Shown here one piece after another: positions 62,903 to 64,000 of a stretch of DNA of 64,000 nucleotides. How positions within the stretch are numbered: position 1 is the first letter of the stretch; every line of letters begins with the position of its first letter. The translations under genes were made by a program, and so were the position numbers. This stretch comes from Scyliorhinus canicula (taxonomy: Eukaryota): positions 41,289,324 through 41,353,323 of the forward strand of contig NC_052146.1 in NCBI RefSeq assembly GCF_902713615.1. Direction: 5' to 3'. The notes below the pieces were generated by a model. That model worked only from the letters and a program-made list of their open reading frames with translations. It made no database searches and had not been told where the DNA came from.

Positions 62903-63142
62903 ATCCAGCAGAGGGCAGCAGGATCCAGCAGAGGGCAGCAGAGCAGAGCTTCTGATTGGCTGTTCCGGGGAGATTTGCATACGTGCAGTGCGGTCAGCGT
63001 AAGTTGAAGGTGCACCTGCATCAGTGACCCGAGGAGTTCGACGGAAGGTGAGCATCCAGCAGAGGGCAGCAGAGCAGAGCTTCTGATTGGCTGTTCCGGG
63101 GAGATTTGCATACGTGCAGTGCGGTCAGCGTAAGTTGAAAGT
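62903..63142 (+). repeat. Tandem 5'-UTR repeats of a young CR1 (two identical ~86-bp units, 131-bp period, plus a partial unit)
   Basis: Units start at 62923 and 63054; each holds GATTGG and the octamer ATTTGCAT (62973-62980, 63104-63111). Confidence 0.85.
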
Positions 63143-63314
63143 GGTTTGTGAAGGGGCTGTTCTCGAGTGACAGCTTTACCCGAAACACTACTTACGTAGT
63201 GTCTCCCACCCATCCTCCTCCTCTAACCAAAAAAAGCTCTGTCCGTTGGATTGCTAAACTAACAAGCTTTTTATTTTTTTATTTTTCAGTAGTTGGGAAG
63301 TTAGTTCAGTGGGA

Positions 63315-64000
63315 ATGGAGGCTAGGGCAGTTGAATGTTCCTCCTGCAGAATGTGGGAGGAAAGGGTCACCTCTCGTGTCCCTTCTGATTACATCTGCGG
63401 GAAGTGCACCCAACTCCAGCTCCTCGAGAGCCGCATTAGGGACCTGGAGCTGGAGCTGGATGAACTTCGGATCATTCGGGAGGCGGAGGAGGTTATTGAG
63501 AGGAGTTATAGGGAGGTAGTCACACCTCAGGTAAAAGAAGAAAGTAGATGGGTTACCGTCAGGGGAGGCAGAGGGAACCGGCAGGCAGTGCAGGGATCCC
63601 CTGTGGTCGTTCCCCTCTATAACAAGTATACCATTTTGGATACTGTTGCGGGGGACGACTTACCAGGGGTAAGCAATAGGGCGCAGGTCTCTGGCACAGA
63701 GTCTGTCCCTGTTGCTCAGAAGGGAAGGGAGAAGAGGAACAGAGCACTTGTCATTGGGGACTCCATAGTTAGAGGAACAGACAGGAGGTTCTGTGGGAAC
63801 GAAAGAGACTCACGGTTGGTGTGTTGCCTCCCAGGTGCCAGGGTTCGTGATGTCTCTGATCGTGTTTTTGGGATCCTTAAGGGGGAGGGGGAGCAGCCCC
63901 AAGTCGTGGTCCACATAGGTACCAACGACATAGGTAGGAAGAGAGATGGGGATTTGAGACAGAAATTCAGGGAGCTAGGGTGGAAGCTGAGAGCTAGAAC
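63315..64000 (+). mobile_element. CR1 ORF1 (Cys zinc finger, coiled coil, SGNH esterase), open to window end
   Basis: MEARAVECSSC..YICGKC..LESRIRDLELELDEL..LVIGDSIVRG..CCLPGA..VVVHIGTND; absent from the ORF track because it has no stop within the window. Confidence 0.92.

Overview
Eukaryotic, repeat-rich vertebrate DNA from a cartilaginous fish. The HE1/V-SINE, CR1 and Penelope content points to a shark, probably a catshark (inference). Two conserved genes lie head-to-head. ANAPC5 is on the minus strand: 14 coding exons reconstructed by hand at 3466-33383, all GT-AG and phase-consistent, with the gene continuing left of the window. RNF34 is on the plus strand: coding exons 1-3 at 44114-57879, continuing right. 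The ~10 kb between their promoters is a nested transposon stack in which one CR1 LINE hosts a hAT-Tip100-like DNA transposon, an HE1 SINE and a full-length, intronless, ORF-intact RTRAF (C14orf166) retrocopy with poly(A) and an 18-bp TSD. The introns hold a CpG-rich FLYWCH-MULE (Phantom-like) transposon, Penelope-derived palindromes carrying minimal hammerhead-ribozyme motifs, a U2-snRNA-derived element, an A-tailed HE1 subfamily with long L1-type TSDs, L1/L2/Rex1 remnants, a solo LTR, and the 5' end of a young CR1 with an open esterase ORF1. Most entries in the ORF track are retroelement fragments or noise. Repeat boundaries are approximate unless a TSD or TIR is quoted.
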